DNA of 64,000 nt, from assembly GCA_964637955.1 (NCBI GenBank), contig CAZWXQ010000001.1, forward strand, positions 21,936 to 85,935, written 5' to 3'. The notes beneath the pieces are model-generated. The model saw nothing but the letters and a program-made list of their open reading frames with translations, had not been told where the DNA came from and ran no database searches. Below, one piece after another: positions 26,627 through 36,105 of this stretch. The DNA comes from an uncultured Gammaproteobacteria bacterium. GTDB lineage: Bacteria > Patescibacteriota > Microgenomatia > Levybacterales > UBA12049. The translations under genes were made by a program, and so were the position numbers. The first letter of the stretch is position 1, and each line of letters starts with the position of its first letter.

Positions 26627-26947
26627 TCAAATATTCTTTTTTTCTTCGAGCTTTTTTTCGCGTCTTTTTCCTGCTTTTTTGATAAGAGTAGAGGTGAAGG
26701 CAACAATTATTCCAACGCCAATTAATACATAAAAAGTTGTGAATAATTTTCCCATGTCTGTTTTTGGTGTGATGTCTCCATAACCAACCGTGGTTAGAGT
26801 AATGACACTAAAATACCAAGAATCAAGCCAGCTTAGCTTTTCAATTATGTGATAAAAAATTGTTCCAAAAATAAGAACGAAAAGTGCAGCAGATGTAATT
26901 ATTCGATATGAGTATTTTTCAATAAAATTTTCTGAATTTTCTTGCAT
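26627..26947 (-). CDS. Minimal 2-TM potassium channel
   Basis: YFSVITLTTVGYGDITP selectivity filter. Confidence 0.9.
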   Translation of the reverse strand: MQENSENFIEKYSYRIITSAALFVLIFGTIFYHIIEKLSWLDSWYFSVITLTTVGYGDITPKTDMGKLFTTFYVLIGVGIIVAFTSTLIKKAGKRREKKLEEKKNI

Positions 26948-27050
26948 ATATTTATTATGCTATAAAATTTATAAATTAAACAAGTTAAATGAATGATTAT
27001 TCTTTAAATTTACTATAGGCAATTAGCTTTGTTTATGCTATAATCCCGGA

Positions 27051-28181
27051 ATGCCAAAACAAAATAAGAAAATAGTAATAAAAGAGGAGCAGATTAACTC
27101 TATAAATAAAGTTTTATCTACGTTAGCTTTTGGTCTCATTTCAATAATTGGCCTTCAGTATATTGCTAAAGATTTGATCGCGCCAATTCTTTTGGCAATC
27201 TTCCTAACAGTTATTTTATATCCTATTTTTAAGTGGTTTAGAAAAAAAGGTTTCTCCAGTAAAATTTCACTTTTACTCATGATTACAACTTTCTTCTTAG
27301 GCGCAGGTGCGATTGTAATATTTTTGACTTGGTCTTTTAGCCTTCTTGCGCAGTCACTTTCCACATACGTAGCCGGTTTTAAAGAAGCATTTACCCAGAC
27401 TGCGAGCTCTGTTAATGTAAGCTCAGAAACAACACAGCAGGTAATGAGCAGTGTTACTCCAGAAAATATTGAATACATTGCAAGAGCGATCGCAAATAGT
27501 CTTGGAAATATCGTTTTCTATTTTATCTTGATTCCTATTCTTTCAGTATTAATGGTTCTTCAAATTGATTCTATGCCTAAGGATGTATCAAAAAAACTTA
27601 CAAATGATAATAAAACTGTTGAAAGATTTAAGAAATTTGCAGAAAGTATAATGATTTATGTTTCTTCACGACTTAAAGTAAATATCGCAACTGGAGTATT
27701 ATTTGCTATTGCTTTGATTATCTTAGGAGTTCCATTCCCGTTTGTTTGGGGATTTATGGCAATCATTATGAGTTTTATTCCTTATATAGGAATAATAATT
27801 GCGAGTGCACCTCCAGTTTTGCTTGCATTTGCAGGTGGAGGTCTTCCAGCAGCGCTTTTGGTAATTGGCGCAATGGCATTAATAAATGTATTTGCTGAAA
27901 ATGTATTAAGTCCTGTGGTTTTAGGTCGAGGCAATAAAATTTCTACTGCTGCTGTTGTGATTTCTCTTATTTTCTGGGTTTGGCTTCTTGGCCCAATTGG
28001 TGCAATTCTTTCTGTTCCGTTAACAGTTTTTCTAAAAATAGTTCTTGCAGATTTCAAAGAAACACATTTTATTTCACTTCTTATGGAGGGAAATTATAAT
28101 GTGGAAAAGCCTAAAAATGGAAAATCATTTTATAAAAATAGAATTAGTAAGTTTATAAAATTTGTTCCAGGGAAAAAATAA
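27051..28181 (+). CDS. AI-2E family transporter
   Basis: PILLAIFL..ILYP, FIPYIG, ENVLSP, FWVWLLGPIGAILSVPLT. Confidence 0.9.
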   Translation: MPKQNKKIVIKEEQINSINKVLSTLAFGLISIIGLQYIAKDLIAPILLAIFLTVILYPIFKWFRKKGFSSKISLLLMITTFFLGAGAIVIFLTWSFSLLAQSLSTYVAGFKEAFTQTASSVNVSSETTQQVMSSVTPENIEYIARAIANSLGNIVFYFILIPILSVLMVLQIDSMPKDVSKKLTNDNKTVERFKKFAESIMIYVSSRLKVNIATGVLFAIALIILGVPFPFVWGFMAIIMSFIPYIGIIIASAPPVLLAFAGGGLPAALLVIGAMALINVFAENVLSPVVLGRGNKISTAAVVISLIFWVWLLGPIGAILSVPLTVFLKIVLADFKETHFISLLMEGNYNVEKPKNGKSFYKNRISKFIKFVPGKK

Positions 28182-28187
28182 TTTAAA

Positions 28188-29216
28188 ATGCTTAAAAGAA
28201 TAACTTCGGAGATTTCTAAAAATAAAAAGTCTATTCTCTGGACAATAATATTTGTAATAATTTTTTACCTGATTCTCCCCGATAAAGAAACAATAGAATC
28301 GACGGTTGAAGAAATCCACGGAGCAGATTTAGGTTGGATAATTGTTGGGAATATTTTTTACTACATAACGATTCCTTTATATACAATTCAACTAATAGTT
28401 CTTTCTATAAAGCCTTTAAATAATTGGATAGCATTTAAAGTGCAAATGTCCGTTCTATTTATTAACAAGCTTTTGCCGAGTTCTATTTCTTCATTTGTAA
28501 TAAACTCATTTTATTTATATAAAGTAGGTCATAAATCTCCACAAATCGCATCTATTATCGCGATGAAGGCTGTGACTAGTTCTCTTGCTTTTTCATCACT
28601 TTTTATCTTCTCGTTGGTAGTCGGAATTACAAAATATCAAATGGCTGATGGTTTAAATATTAATTCAGGAAATGTTGATTGGGTGAAAGTAGTTGTTTTA
28701 TTAGTAATTGGAGTTCTTATAATAAGCTTTGTTATTTATTCATCAGACATCATAAAAAACTTCATTAAAAAATCATTAGAAAGTTTTTGGGGACAATTTA
28801 AGTCATATAAAGATAGACCAAAAGATATTGTATGGGCATTAGTGACTTCATTTTTGGCACCTACCTTAGGAGTTCTTACTCTTTATGCGAGTTCAAAATC
28901 TGTGGGATTGGATATAAATTTCGCACAATCCTTTTTAATCTACACGCTTGGAACGACTATGGCAAATATAGTACCAATTCCTGGAGGAATTGGAGCAGCT
29001 GAAGCAGGATTGTATGCAGGGTTTACATTTTTTGGATTTCCATCTACTGAGTCAATGGCAGCGGTCATGATTTACAGAATAATTACTTTCTGGATACCAA
29101 CTATACCTGGATTTATCTCATTTATAAATCTTAGGAAAAATGTTCTAAAAGGATTTTCAATTCACTGGAAAATGCCGGAATCAAAATCAAAGTCTAAGAA
29201 GATTGCGAAAGCTTAA
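28188..29216 (+). CDS. Lysylphosphatidylglycerol synthase TM-domain (flippase-like) protein
   Basis: PIPGGIGAAEAGL, AAVMIYRIITFWIP. Confidence 0.85.
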   Translation: MLKRITSEISKNKKSILWTIIFVIIFYLILPDKETIESTVEEIHGADLGWIIVGNIFYYITIPLYTIQLIVLSIKPLNNWIAFKVQMSVLFINKLLPSSISSFVINSFYLYKVGHKSPQIASIIAMKAVTSSLAFSSLFIFSLVVGITKYQMADGLNINSGNVDWVKVVVLLVIGVLIISFVIYSSDIIKNFIKKSLESFWGQFKSYKDRPKDIVWALVTSFLAPTLGVLTLYASSKSVGLDINFAQSFLIYTLGTTMANIVPIPGGIGAAEAGLYAGFTFFGFPSTESMAAVMIYRIITFWIPTIPGFISFINLRKNVLKGFSIHWKMPESKSKSKKIAKA

Positions 29217-29272
29217 AATAATTAAACTATTGCAATTTAGCTTGAAAGTGATATCATTCAAGCAATTAAAAT

Positions 29273-30112
29273 ATGAATAATAAAGAATTAAATTTTGCAA
29301 AAATTTTGGGTCTTTTTGTATCAGTAGTATTTATTTGGGTTTTTCTATTTTCATCTTGGTATTCAAATAATATTCTAAATCAGGAGAAATTTGTTTCCAC
29401 CACTACTCAGGTTTTGGAATCTGAAAATGTTAGGAATTCAATTTCAAATGAGATTGTTGACACAGTTAAAGCTAGAAGACCGATCATTGGTTCTTTTACT
29501 GCTCCACTATTAACTAAAATTATTGCAGGAATTATGGATTCTAATCTTTATGCGAATGTTAATACGAGACTTGCTCAAGAACTTCATCTTCAGTTAACGT
29601 CTGCAAATCCTAGAGAATTAACTGTTGAATTAAAGCCTACAAAAGAATTATTGACGCCTCTTTTTGAAAGGACAGATTCAGAATTATTAAATAGTATTCC
29701 TGACAAAATGGTAGTAATAAGAAGGGGTGAAATACCCTCACTTTATAAGTTTGGAACTACATTAACAATGCTTGGTCCAATTCTTCTAATAACTGCATTA
29801 GTTATGTTCGGATTTTTATGGGTAAAAATTGCTGATAAAAGAAATTATATTGTGATTGTTTCTCTTTCTTTTGCTGCAACAGCTCTATTGATCTACTTCA
29901 TGATTCCGACAATTGGAAATATTGCAACTGCGCAGGCAAGCAGCGCAAATATCTCAATGATCATAAATGAAGTCTACGTCGCATTTACTTATATGATTGC
30001 AAATTTCGCATTTAAAGTATTAGTTGCATCTGTATTAATTGCGATTGCTGCTAGATTTTTAAGACGGGAACTATTCCAAATACCTCAAAGAAATTCCTCA
30101 AAAAATAAGTAA
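29273..30112 (+). CDS. Membrane protein
   Basis: N-terminal TM, soluble loop, 3 C-terminal TM. Confidence 0.7.
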   Translation: MNNKELNFAKILGLFVSVVFIWVFLFSSWYSNNILNQEKFVSTTTQVLESENVRNSISNEIVDTVKARRPIIGSFTAPLLTKIIAGIMDSNLYANVNTRLAQELHLQLTSANPRELTVELKPTKELLTPLFERTDSELLNSIPDKMVVIRRGEIPSLYKFGTTLTMLGPILLITALVMFGFLWVKIADKRNYIVIVSLSFAATALLIYFMIPTIGNIATAQASSANISMIINEVYVAFTYMIANFAFKVLVASVLIAIAARFLRRELFQIPQRNSSKNK

Positions 30113-30170
30113 ATGTGAAAACACTAAAAATAGTGTTGACTTTTCACAAAATTAGAGCAATTATTAAATA

Positions 30171-30791
30171 ATGGCTGAATATGTTCCTGGTACAGGTGAT
30201 ATAGATCCAAGATTTTCAGGATTAGAAAGAATGGATGAACCAATAAGAGATGATATTCTCCCTGGTTTAGCTGTGCCTAATCCAGATTTATATATGGCTT
30301 CAAATAAAGATCCATATAGTTATTCTCCGGAAGAGATTGCAGTACTTTCCCCATCAGAAAGATTTACGTTAGGATATGCTTTGCTTGGTGACGTTCCAGT
30401 AAAAGTTCTTGAAAGTGGAAGGTCACAGGATGTGCCGAAAAGCCAAGCACAGGAAACACTTGAAGCATATGGTTTTAAATACGAGCTGGATTATCAGCTT
30501 TCTCCAATGGAAAGAGAGGTGTTTGGCACAATGAGCAGAATTGAAATAAGAGGAGTTAATGATAATTCAGGCGCTGATGGCTTGGTGGGAAATATGGTAG
30601 AAGTTAATGTTCCCGATAGGCTGAGACAACGAAGGATTTGGATGGAAACAGGAAAAGGTATTAGGCCACCTGAAAGAATTTTTGAAGGGTACAAGCTATC
30701 TAGATATGAGCGTTATTTATTAGAAGAGCAATTAAAAAAAGATCGAGCATCAAGTGAAAATATAGTAGTCGAATTTACTCAGGCTGTATAA
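30171..30791 (+). CDS. Hypothetical protein
   Basis: 206-aa ORF, TTGACT upstream. Confidence 0.6.
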   Translation: MAEYVPGTGDIDPRFSGLERMDEPIRDDILPGLAVPNPDLYMASNKDPYSYSPEEIAVLSPSERFTLGYALLGDVPVKVLESGRSQDVPKSQAQETLEAYGFKYELDYQLSPMEREVFGTMSRIEIRGVNDNSGADGLVGNMVEVNVPDRLRQRRIWMETGKGIRPPERIFEGYKLSRYERYLLEEQLKKDRASSENIVVEFTQAV

Positions 30792-30852
30792 TTTTATAGT
30801 TTTCCTACCTAATTTTCTTGACTTTTAAACAATACTTTCTTATCATCATTTT

Positions 30853-31329
30853 ATGAAGTTTGCTTCTGTATTAAATTTAGTTCCTCACAAGGTTGCATAT
30901 GCGCACTGTGACATACCTTGTGGAATATATGATGTTCATCAGGCTCAATTAGCATCTCATACTATTATCCGCATGACTGATTTGTTTGGGCAAATTAAAA
31001 GAGATGATGAGCTTAAAGCCGAGCATGATGTATTCCGAGTTGCACATGTTAAAGAAGAGCACTCAAATATTTTAGAGCATGAATTGTCTACTCTTAAGGA
31101 TGATTATTTTAAAAATGATTATTCAAAATATCCTGATCTTGAGGAATTATTTAAAAAAGCATCTACTCTTGGATCAAAAGCTAGAACAGGAATTGATATG
31201 GAAAGTGCAAAAGAGCTTCTTGAAACAGTCATGAAAATCGCAGAAATATTTTATGAAAGTAAAGGTTTGGAATGTCATAGAGTAAAGTCTCCATATCCCA
31301 CAGGGCTTGATATTGTAGTCCAGAGATAA
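30853..31329 (+). CDS. sodN: Nickel superoxide dismutase precursor
   Basis: Ni-hook AHCDIPCGIYD after a short propeptide; KEEH. Confidence 0.9.
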   Translation: MKFASVLNLVPHKVAYAHCDIPCGIYDVHQAQLASHTIIRMTDLFGQIKRDDELKAEHDVFRVAHVKEEHSNILEHELSTLKDDYFKNDYSKYPDLEELFKKASTLGSKARTGIDMESAKELLETVMKIAEIFYESKGLECHRVKSPYPTGLDIVVQR

Positions 31330-31614
31330 ATGTTATTCTCATTATTTAAGATTTCAGGTCATAGTATGATCCCTTCATATTCTGAAAATGACAGCGTAAT
31401 CGTTAGTTCTATCTCGTACATGTTTATAAAGCCGAAAAAAGGAGATGTAGTGCTGTTTGAGAGAAATAATAAGTTTTATGTTAAAAGAATTAAGCATATT
31501 AAAGGAAGTGAATTTTTTTTAGTAGGCGATAATGAAAAGGATAGCTTAGACAGTAGAAAGTTTGGATTAATAAATAGAGAGCAAATAAAAGGTAAAATAA
31601 TCTTCAAATTTTAG
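31330..31614 (+). CDS. sodX: NiSOD maturation protease (S26)
   Basis: GHSMIP, KKGDVV, VKRI, GDN..DSLDSRKFG; immediately follows sodN. Confidence 0.8.
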   Translation: MLFSLFKISGHSMIPSYSENDSVIVSSISYMFIKPKKGDVVLFERNNKFYVKRIKHIKGSEFFLVGDNEKDSLDSRKFGLINREQIKGKIIFKF

Positions 31615-31649
31615 TTCCTTTTAAACCAATCAAATGATAATATTATTTG

Positions 31650-32558
31650 GTGAAGCCTCATGTCCTTAATGCACTAGATGTTCGTCAATTTCCGCAGTGG
31701 GGAGAGTATATGAAAAGTATAGGTTGGAAAGTTTACTTGATTGACGGTAAATTGGCATATGGGAAAAAAGTACCCTTGATGGGTCTTATTATTAAAATGC
31801 AACATCCGGCAGGACCCATAAATATTAAAAAAATTGATAAATTAGCAAAAAAAGAAAAAGCTTCAATGGTTACAATTGAACCTCATATATCTGGATATTC
31901 AGATAAAAATTTTCTAGTAAATAAATTTATTAAATCAAAAAGGACTTATGCTCCATCCAGCTCAATTTTAATTGATCTCAAGCGTAGTGAGAATGAAATA
32001 TTTTCTTCATTTTCAGAGAACGCAAGAAGAAATATTAAAAAAGCTAAAAATAAAAATATACAGATTAAGATAATTGATGTTAGTAAGGATAGAGAAAATA
32101 AAAGTTTTGAAGAATATTATTCTCTTTTGAAAAACCTTAGAAGAATAAAAGGCTTCTATGCTCCTGGATATCATGAGAGCAAGAAAAAAATGGAGTCTTT
32201 TAAAAATAATTCTATTTTAGTATTTGCATATGAAGATGAAATTCCAATAGCAGTAGTTTGGTACTCTTTCTTTAAAGGAAGTATGGTATATATGCAAACT
32301 GGCATTACAAAAAGAGGATATGCGCTTTTAGCGAATTATTTAATTGTTTGGGAAGGAATTCGTTGGGCAAAAAAACATGGTATTAATGTTTTTGATTTTG
32401 AGTCTATTTATGATTTTAGATATAAAAATCAAAATAAAAAATGGAAAGGATACACACAGTTTAAAAAAAGGTTTCATGGAGAAGAAATAAATTTTCCACC
32501 TTCATACACAAAGTATTATAATCCTTTACTTAGAGTTCTTGAGATTTTTCCTCGTTAA
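31650..32558 (+). CDS. FemAB-family peptidoglycan bridge aminoacyltransferase
   Basis: Q..WGE, IDLKRSE..F..NARRNIKKA, YLIVWE.I.WAKK.G...FDF, FKKRFHG. Confidence 0.8.
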   Translation: MKPHVLNALDVRQFPQWGEYMKSIGWKVYLIDGKLAYGKKVPLMGLIIKMQHPAGPINIKKIDKLAKKEKASMVTIEPHISGYSDKNFLVNKFIKSKRTYAPSSSILIDLKRSENEIFSSFSENARRNIKKAKNKNIQIKIIDVSKDRENKSFEEYYSLLKNLRRIKGFYAPGYHESKKKMESFKNNSILVFAYEDEIPIAVVWYSFFKGSMVYMQTGITKRGYALLANYLIVWEGIRWAKKHGINVFDFESIYDFRYKNQNKKWKGYTQFKKRFHGEEINFPPSYTKYYNPLLRVLEIFPR

Positions 32559-32658
32559 TTTAAGATAAGCGATTTTTATAATTGATATATTTTCAAGATG
32601 AAATAATGTTATTTTTAAATATAAAATGTTTAGATTAAGCTTAATAATTAATCGATGA

Positions 32659-34167
32659 TTAAAAAGTTGAAATAGCTCGCTTAAAGACTTCATTTATTTT
32701 TTCTATCTCGTACATGCTTTCAGTTCCAACTGAAATCCGAATAAATGGAGTGCCATATTCGTTTCTAAGAGCTGTTAAATATATTCTAGTGTTATTGAAT
32801 CCAAAGCTTGTTCCTGTAGAGACCTGCACATTATTCTTTTTTGCTAGATTAATCACTTTATCTATAAATTTTACATATGTTCTTGGATTTTTATTTGATC
32901 TAAATTCTAGGCTAAAGAAGCTGCCATGAAACTTAATGTTTTGGTTCCATCTTGAAGATGAATGATTTTTTATTGTTGGATAATTAATTCTTTCTATATT
33001 TAAATTCGGTTTTTCGTCAATTAATTTTTGTAAAGATTTAGCTAAATAATTTGTGTTCCTTTCAAGTCTTAAAAGCCTTTTTGATAGAAATTTTTTATTT
33101 GGCGTCGGGAGCATGTGAACTGATATGTCAGAAATATTTGTACCACTATTTTGTCTGGAGTAATAAATCTTTCCAACATTTTTTCCATAAGCCAGTATTA
33201 TCCCTCCGGTAGTTCTATCCATTCCGAACTGATGATATTTATTCAAACTTTCTAAAACAAATAAATTTAAATTTCTATTTTTTCCTTTAATTAATTTCAG
33301 GGGTTGGAAGAAAATTGGAAGAGTAGTATTGTCTATTATTAAGTATGTATCTTTTTTAGAACTTTTTTTAAGATATTCAATAATGCTTAATAAATTTGGC
33401 ATTGCTAAATTTATAGAATTGCAAATTGTATCAAAAATTATTATTGAAGGTTTATGTTTAATAATAATATCAATTATTTCTTTCTCATTGTTTTCATCAA
33501 CTTCAATTACTTTATCTTCAAAAAATCTTTTGATGATTTCTTTGTTTTGAAAATAAATAGATTTTCCAATTAAGATTTTTCCTGTTACTTTTTTTTCAGT
33601 TATTAAGAAATTGATAATTGTAATGAATGCTGCCATTCCATTATTTACTGCATATGCATGAACAGGAAGTTTAAAAATTAAGTCAACGTATTCATTTAAA
33701 AATTTTTTTTCGTAAGGCTGTTCATCAAGATGTATGTCTCTTTTATAGTCTGAAATAGTATGTTTTATCTTTCCGCTTTGTCTTCCGGCCAATGAATAAA
33801 GACTATGATTAAAGGTCGGTGATTGCCAGTCTGTAGATGTTATTAATGCTGAAAATAACCCTACATTAGCTCTAAGAAAGTGGAAATATATATTTTTTTT
33901 ATCCTGGAGGTATAGTAGTTCTTTTTGAGTATTTGATTTTTCTGCTTTATGTAAATCTTTTTCAATTTCTGTAATTGATTCATTTACGTTTTTTAAATAT
34001 TTTAGCGTTGATGTTTTAGTTATACTATAAGTAATAATATTTTTTTTATTATCATCAATTTCTTTATTAAATTTTAATATCTTATTAAGAAAATCTTTAT
34101 AAAGAAAGTTTAATTCTTCTAAATCTTCTTTTAAATCTTTTATAGAAACGATTATTATTTCTTCCAT
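32659..34167 (-). CDS. PLP-dependent transferase, Cys/Met metabolism family-like
   Basis: NNGMAAF, IIDNT, ESLNKY (PLP lysine), TSFG, IRISVGTE. Confidence 0.75.
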   Translation of the reverse strand: MEEIIIVSIKDLKEDLEELNFLYKDFLNKILKFNKEIDDNKKNIITYSITKTSTLKYLKNVNESITEIEKDLHKAEKSNTQKELLYLQDKKNIYFHFLRANVGLFSALITSTDWQSPTFNHSLYSLAGRQSGKIKHTISDYKRDIHLDEQPYEKKFLNEYVDLIFKLPVHAYAVNNGMAAFITIINFLITEKKVTGKILIGKSIYFQNKEIIKRFFEDKVIEVDENNEKEIIDIIIKHKPSIIIFDTICNSINLAMPNLLSIIEYLKKSSKKDTYLIIDNTTLPIFFQPLKLIKGKNRNLNLFVLESLNKYHQFGMDRTTGGIILAYGKNVGKIYYSRQNSGTNISDISVHMLPTPNKKFLSKRLLRLERNTNYLAKSLQKLIDEKPNLNIERINYPTIKNHSSSRWNQNIKFHGSFFSLEFRSNKNPRTYVKFIDKVINLAKKNNVQVSTGTSFGFNNTRIYLTALRNEYGTPFIRISVGTESMYEIEKINEVFKRAISTF

Positions 34168-34201
34168 AGCGATAATTATAACATTGGCTTATACTAATGC
34201 C

Positions 34202-35074
34202 ATGACAAAATTAAGATATAAGAATTCAGTTATAGACGGTCAGGAAATTAATATCCCTTTTGCAATTATTAATGAAAAGAAAAGTAAATCAATATTAATA
34301 ACTGGAGGAATTGATGGGGACGAATATGTTGGAATAAAGGCAGCGTTTAAGCTGATAAATGATCTAGATAAAATTAAATCAGAATACAGAATAATAATAG
34401 TTCCTCTGGTGAATGTTTTTGGAAATAAAATTGGAGTTAGTCATAATCCTTTTGATGGGAAATACCCAAAGTATATATATCCAGGGAAAAAAGATGGCAC
34501 ATCAAGTGAACAACTTATATATCAATTGGAGGAATTTATAAATGAATGCTTTTTATGGATTGATTTACATTCAGGTTCTACTGAAGAAAAGTTGAATCCT
34601 TTTATTTGGACTTGGAAAACAAAGAATAAAAATATTAATGAGATCACCAGATCATTTCTGTCCAATCTATCAAATGAAAATATTATTTATCAAGATAAAT
34701 CTATAAGAAAAATTGAAGAACTTGCAAAGAGAAATATCTCATATTTGATGCTTGAATCAGGTGAATTAGGAAAAGAAAATATAAATGATATTTTAAAGCA
34801 TGTGGATTGGGTTAAAAAAATAATATCAAAAAAATCAACACAAGGTCCTTTGTCTGTTTATAAAAAAGTTCAGTTTTATAAATTTAAAAATTCAGAAATG
34901 TGGAAGCCTGAGATTAATCCAGGAAAAATAAATGAGGAAAAGTTAGTCGGAATTCTTGGTAAGAAGAAAATAATTTCAAATAAATCCGGATTGTTACTTT
35001 ATATGAAGAAATCTATGATTTTGAAAAAAGATACTGAACTTTTTGCAATTGCTTATGAAAAAGTAAAAATTTAA
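34202..35074 (+). CDS. Succinylglutamate desuccinylase/aspartoacylase-family protein
   Basis: ITGGIDGDEY, VPLVN, IDLHSG, LESG; ATG 34202 lies 6 nt after TATACT. Confidence 0.75.
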   Translation: MTKLRYKNSVIDGQEINIPFAIINEKKSKSILITGGIDGDEYVGIKAAFKLINDLDKIKSEYRIIIVPLVNVFGNKIGVSHNPFDGKYPKYIYPGKKDGTSSEQLIYQLEEFINECFLWIDLHSGSTEEKLNPFIWTWKTKNKNINEITRSFLSNLSNENIIYQDKSIRKIEELAKRNISYLMLESGELGKENINDILKHVDWVKKIISKKSTQGPLSVYKKVQFYKFKNSEMWKPEINPGKINEEKLVGILGKKKIISNKSGLLLYMKKSMILKKDTELFAIAYEKVKI

Positions 35075-36105
35075 TTTCTTTTCTTTGCTTTAAGATATGC
35101 CCAGCGAACTTTATCTGCTACAGTAAGAAGTCTATAGTTAAGTGGATTAATTACCAAATCAAAACTTCCTGCAAATTCGGTTAAACTAGCTCCAAAGCCT
35201 TGTTTGAACCTATGAAACCCGTAGTATGGATCGCTATTTTTTGGTTCGGGCACATTTGCTGCTCCCCACATATCAAAAGATTTAAGGCCTAGACTTTTGC
35301 CATATTTTATTGCTCCCCACATCGTAGCAGGTGAAGCCATTACATCTCTGTGCTCATCGCTTGATGCGCCGTATGGATAGTAAAGTTTATCTTTAAAGGT
35401 AAATAGAACGTAAGTTACTAATGTTTTTTTATTGTAGCTAGCTCTCAAGAGATTTGCTTGGAGTTTATTTGGATCAAACGATTCATTTTTTTTATTTCCA
35501 ATAGTTTCCCAAAGAAGTTTATGATAAGCATCATTATGTGCATAAAATTTTTGCCTTTTTGTAGTTTCATGGGTTAGTTTGAGATAGTCATTAAATGCTT
35601 TTTCGCTATTATCAATTTCTACTTTTACTCCTTTCTTCTCAGAAAGTTTGACATTGTATCTGGTTTTTTGATGCATATTTGAAAGAAGCTCTTCTTCTGA
35701 CCTAGTTAGATCAAGCATAAAAGTGAACCGCGTAAATAGTGGGTGAAAAGATGGGCGAATGTCAAAATTTTCAATTTTCAATTTAAAATTTTCAGTTGTT
35801 ATATTGGGCTCAAGTTGAATAAAACTAATTGAATTTTTCTTACCTAATTCTTCAAGATCTGAAATAAGATTTTTTGATGGTAAATCACCTTTTGGAAAAT
35901 AACCAATTAGATATGGAAAATTTGGAGTTTTATGGACTGTAAATTGGTAAGCTTCTTTAATTTTGCCTTCAATTATTTCTCCTCTGAAATAAGCATCAAG
36001 TCCTGTTTTTTTTCTAAATTGTCCCCATTCATAAGATTGAAGTGGATGATTTACAGCTTCGTTAAAAAGTTTAATCTGATCTTCATTTATATCCTGAAAG
36101 TTCAT
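35071..36105 (-). CDS. FemAB/FemX-family peptidoglycan bridge aminoacyltransferase
   Basis: HPLQSYEWG, LDLT..EEELL.NMHQKTRYNV, YPYGAS, FDMWG, GFHRFKQGFG. Confidence 0.9.
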   Translation of the reverse strand: MNFQDINEDQIKLFNEAVNHPLQSYEWGQFRKKTGLDAYFRGEIIEGKIKEAYQFTVHKTPNFPYLIGYFPKGDLPSKNLISDLEELGKKNSISFIQLEPNITTENFKLKIENFDIRPSFHPLFTRFTFMLDLTRSEEELLSNMHQKTRYNVKLSEKKGVKVEIDNSEKAFNDYLKLTHETTKRQKFYAHNDAYHKLLWETIGNKKNESFDPNKLQANLLRASYNKKTLVTYVLFTFKDKLYYPYGASSDEHRDVMASPATMWGAIKYGKSLGLKSFDMWGAANVPEPKNSDPYYGFHRFKQGFGASLTEFAGSFDLVINPLNYRLLTVADKVRWAYLKAKKRN

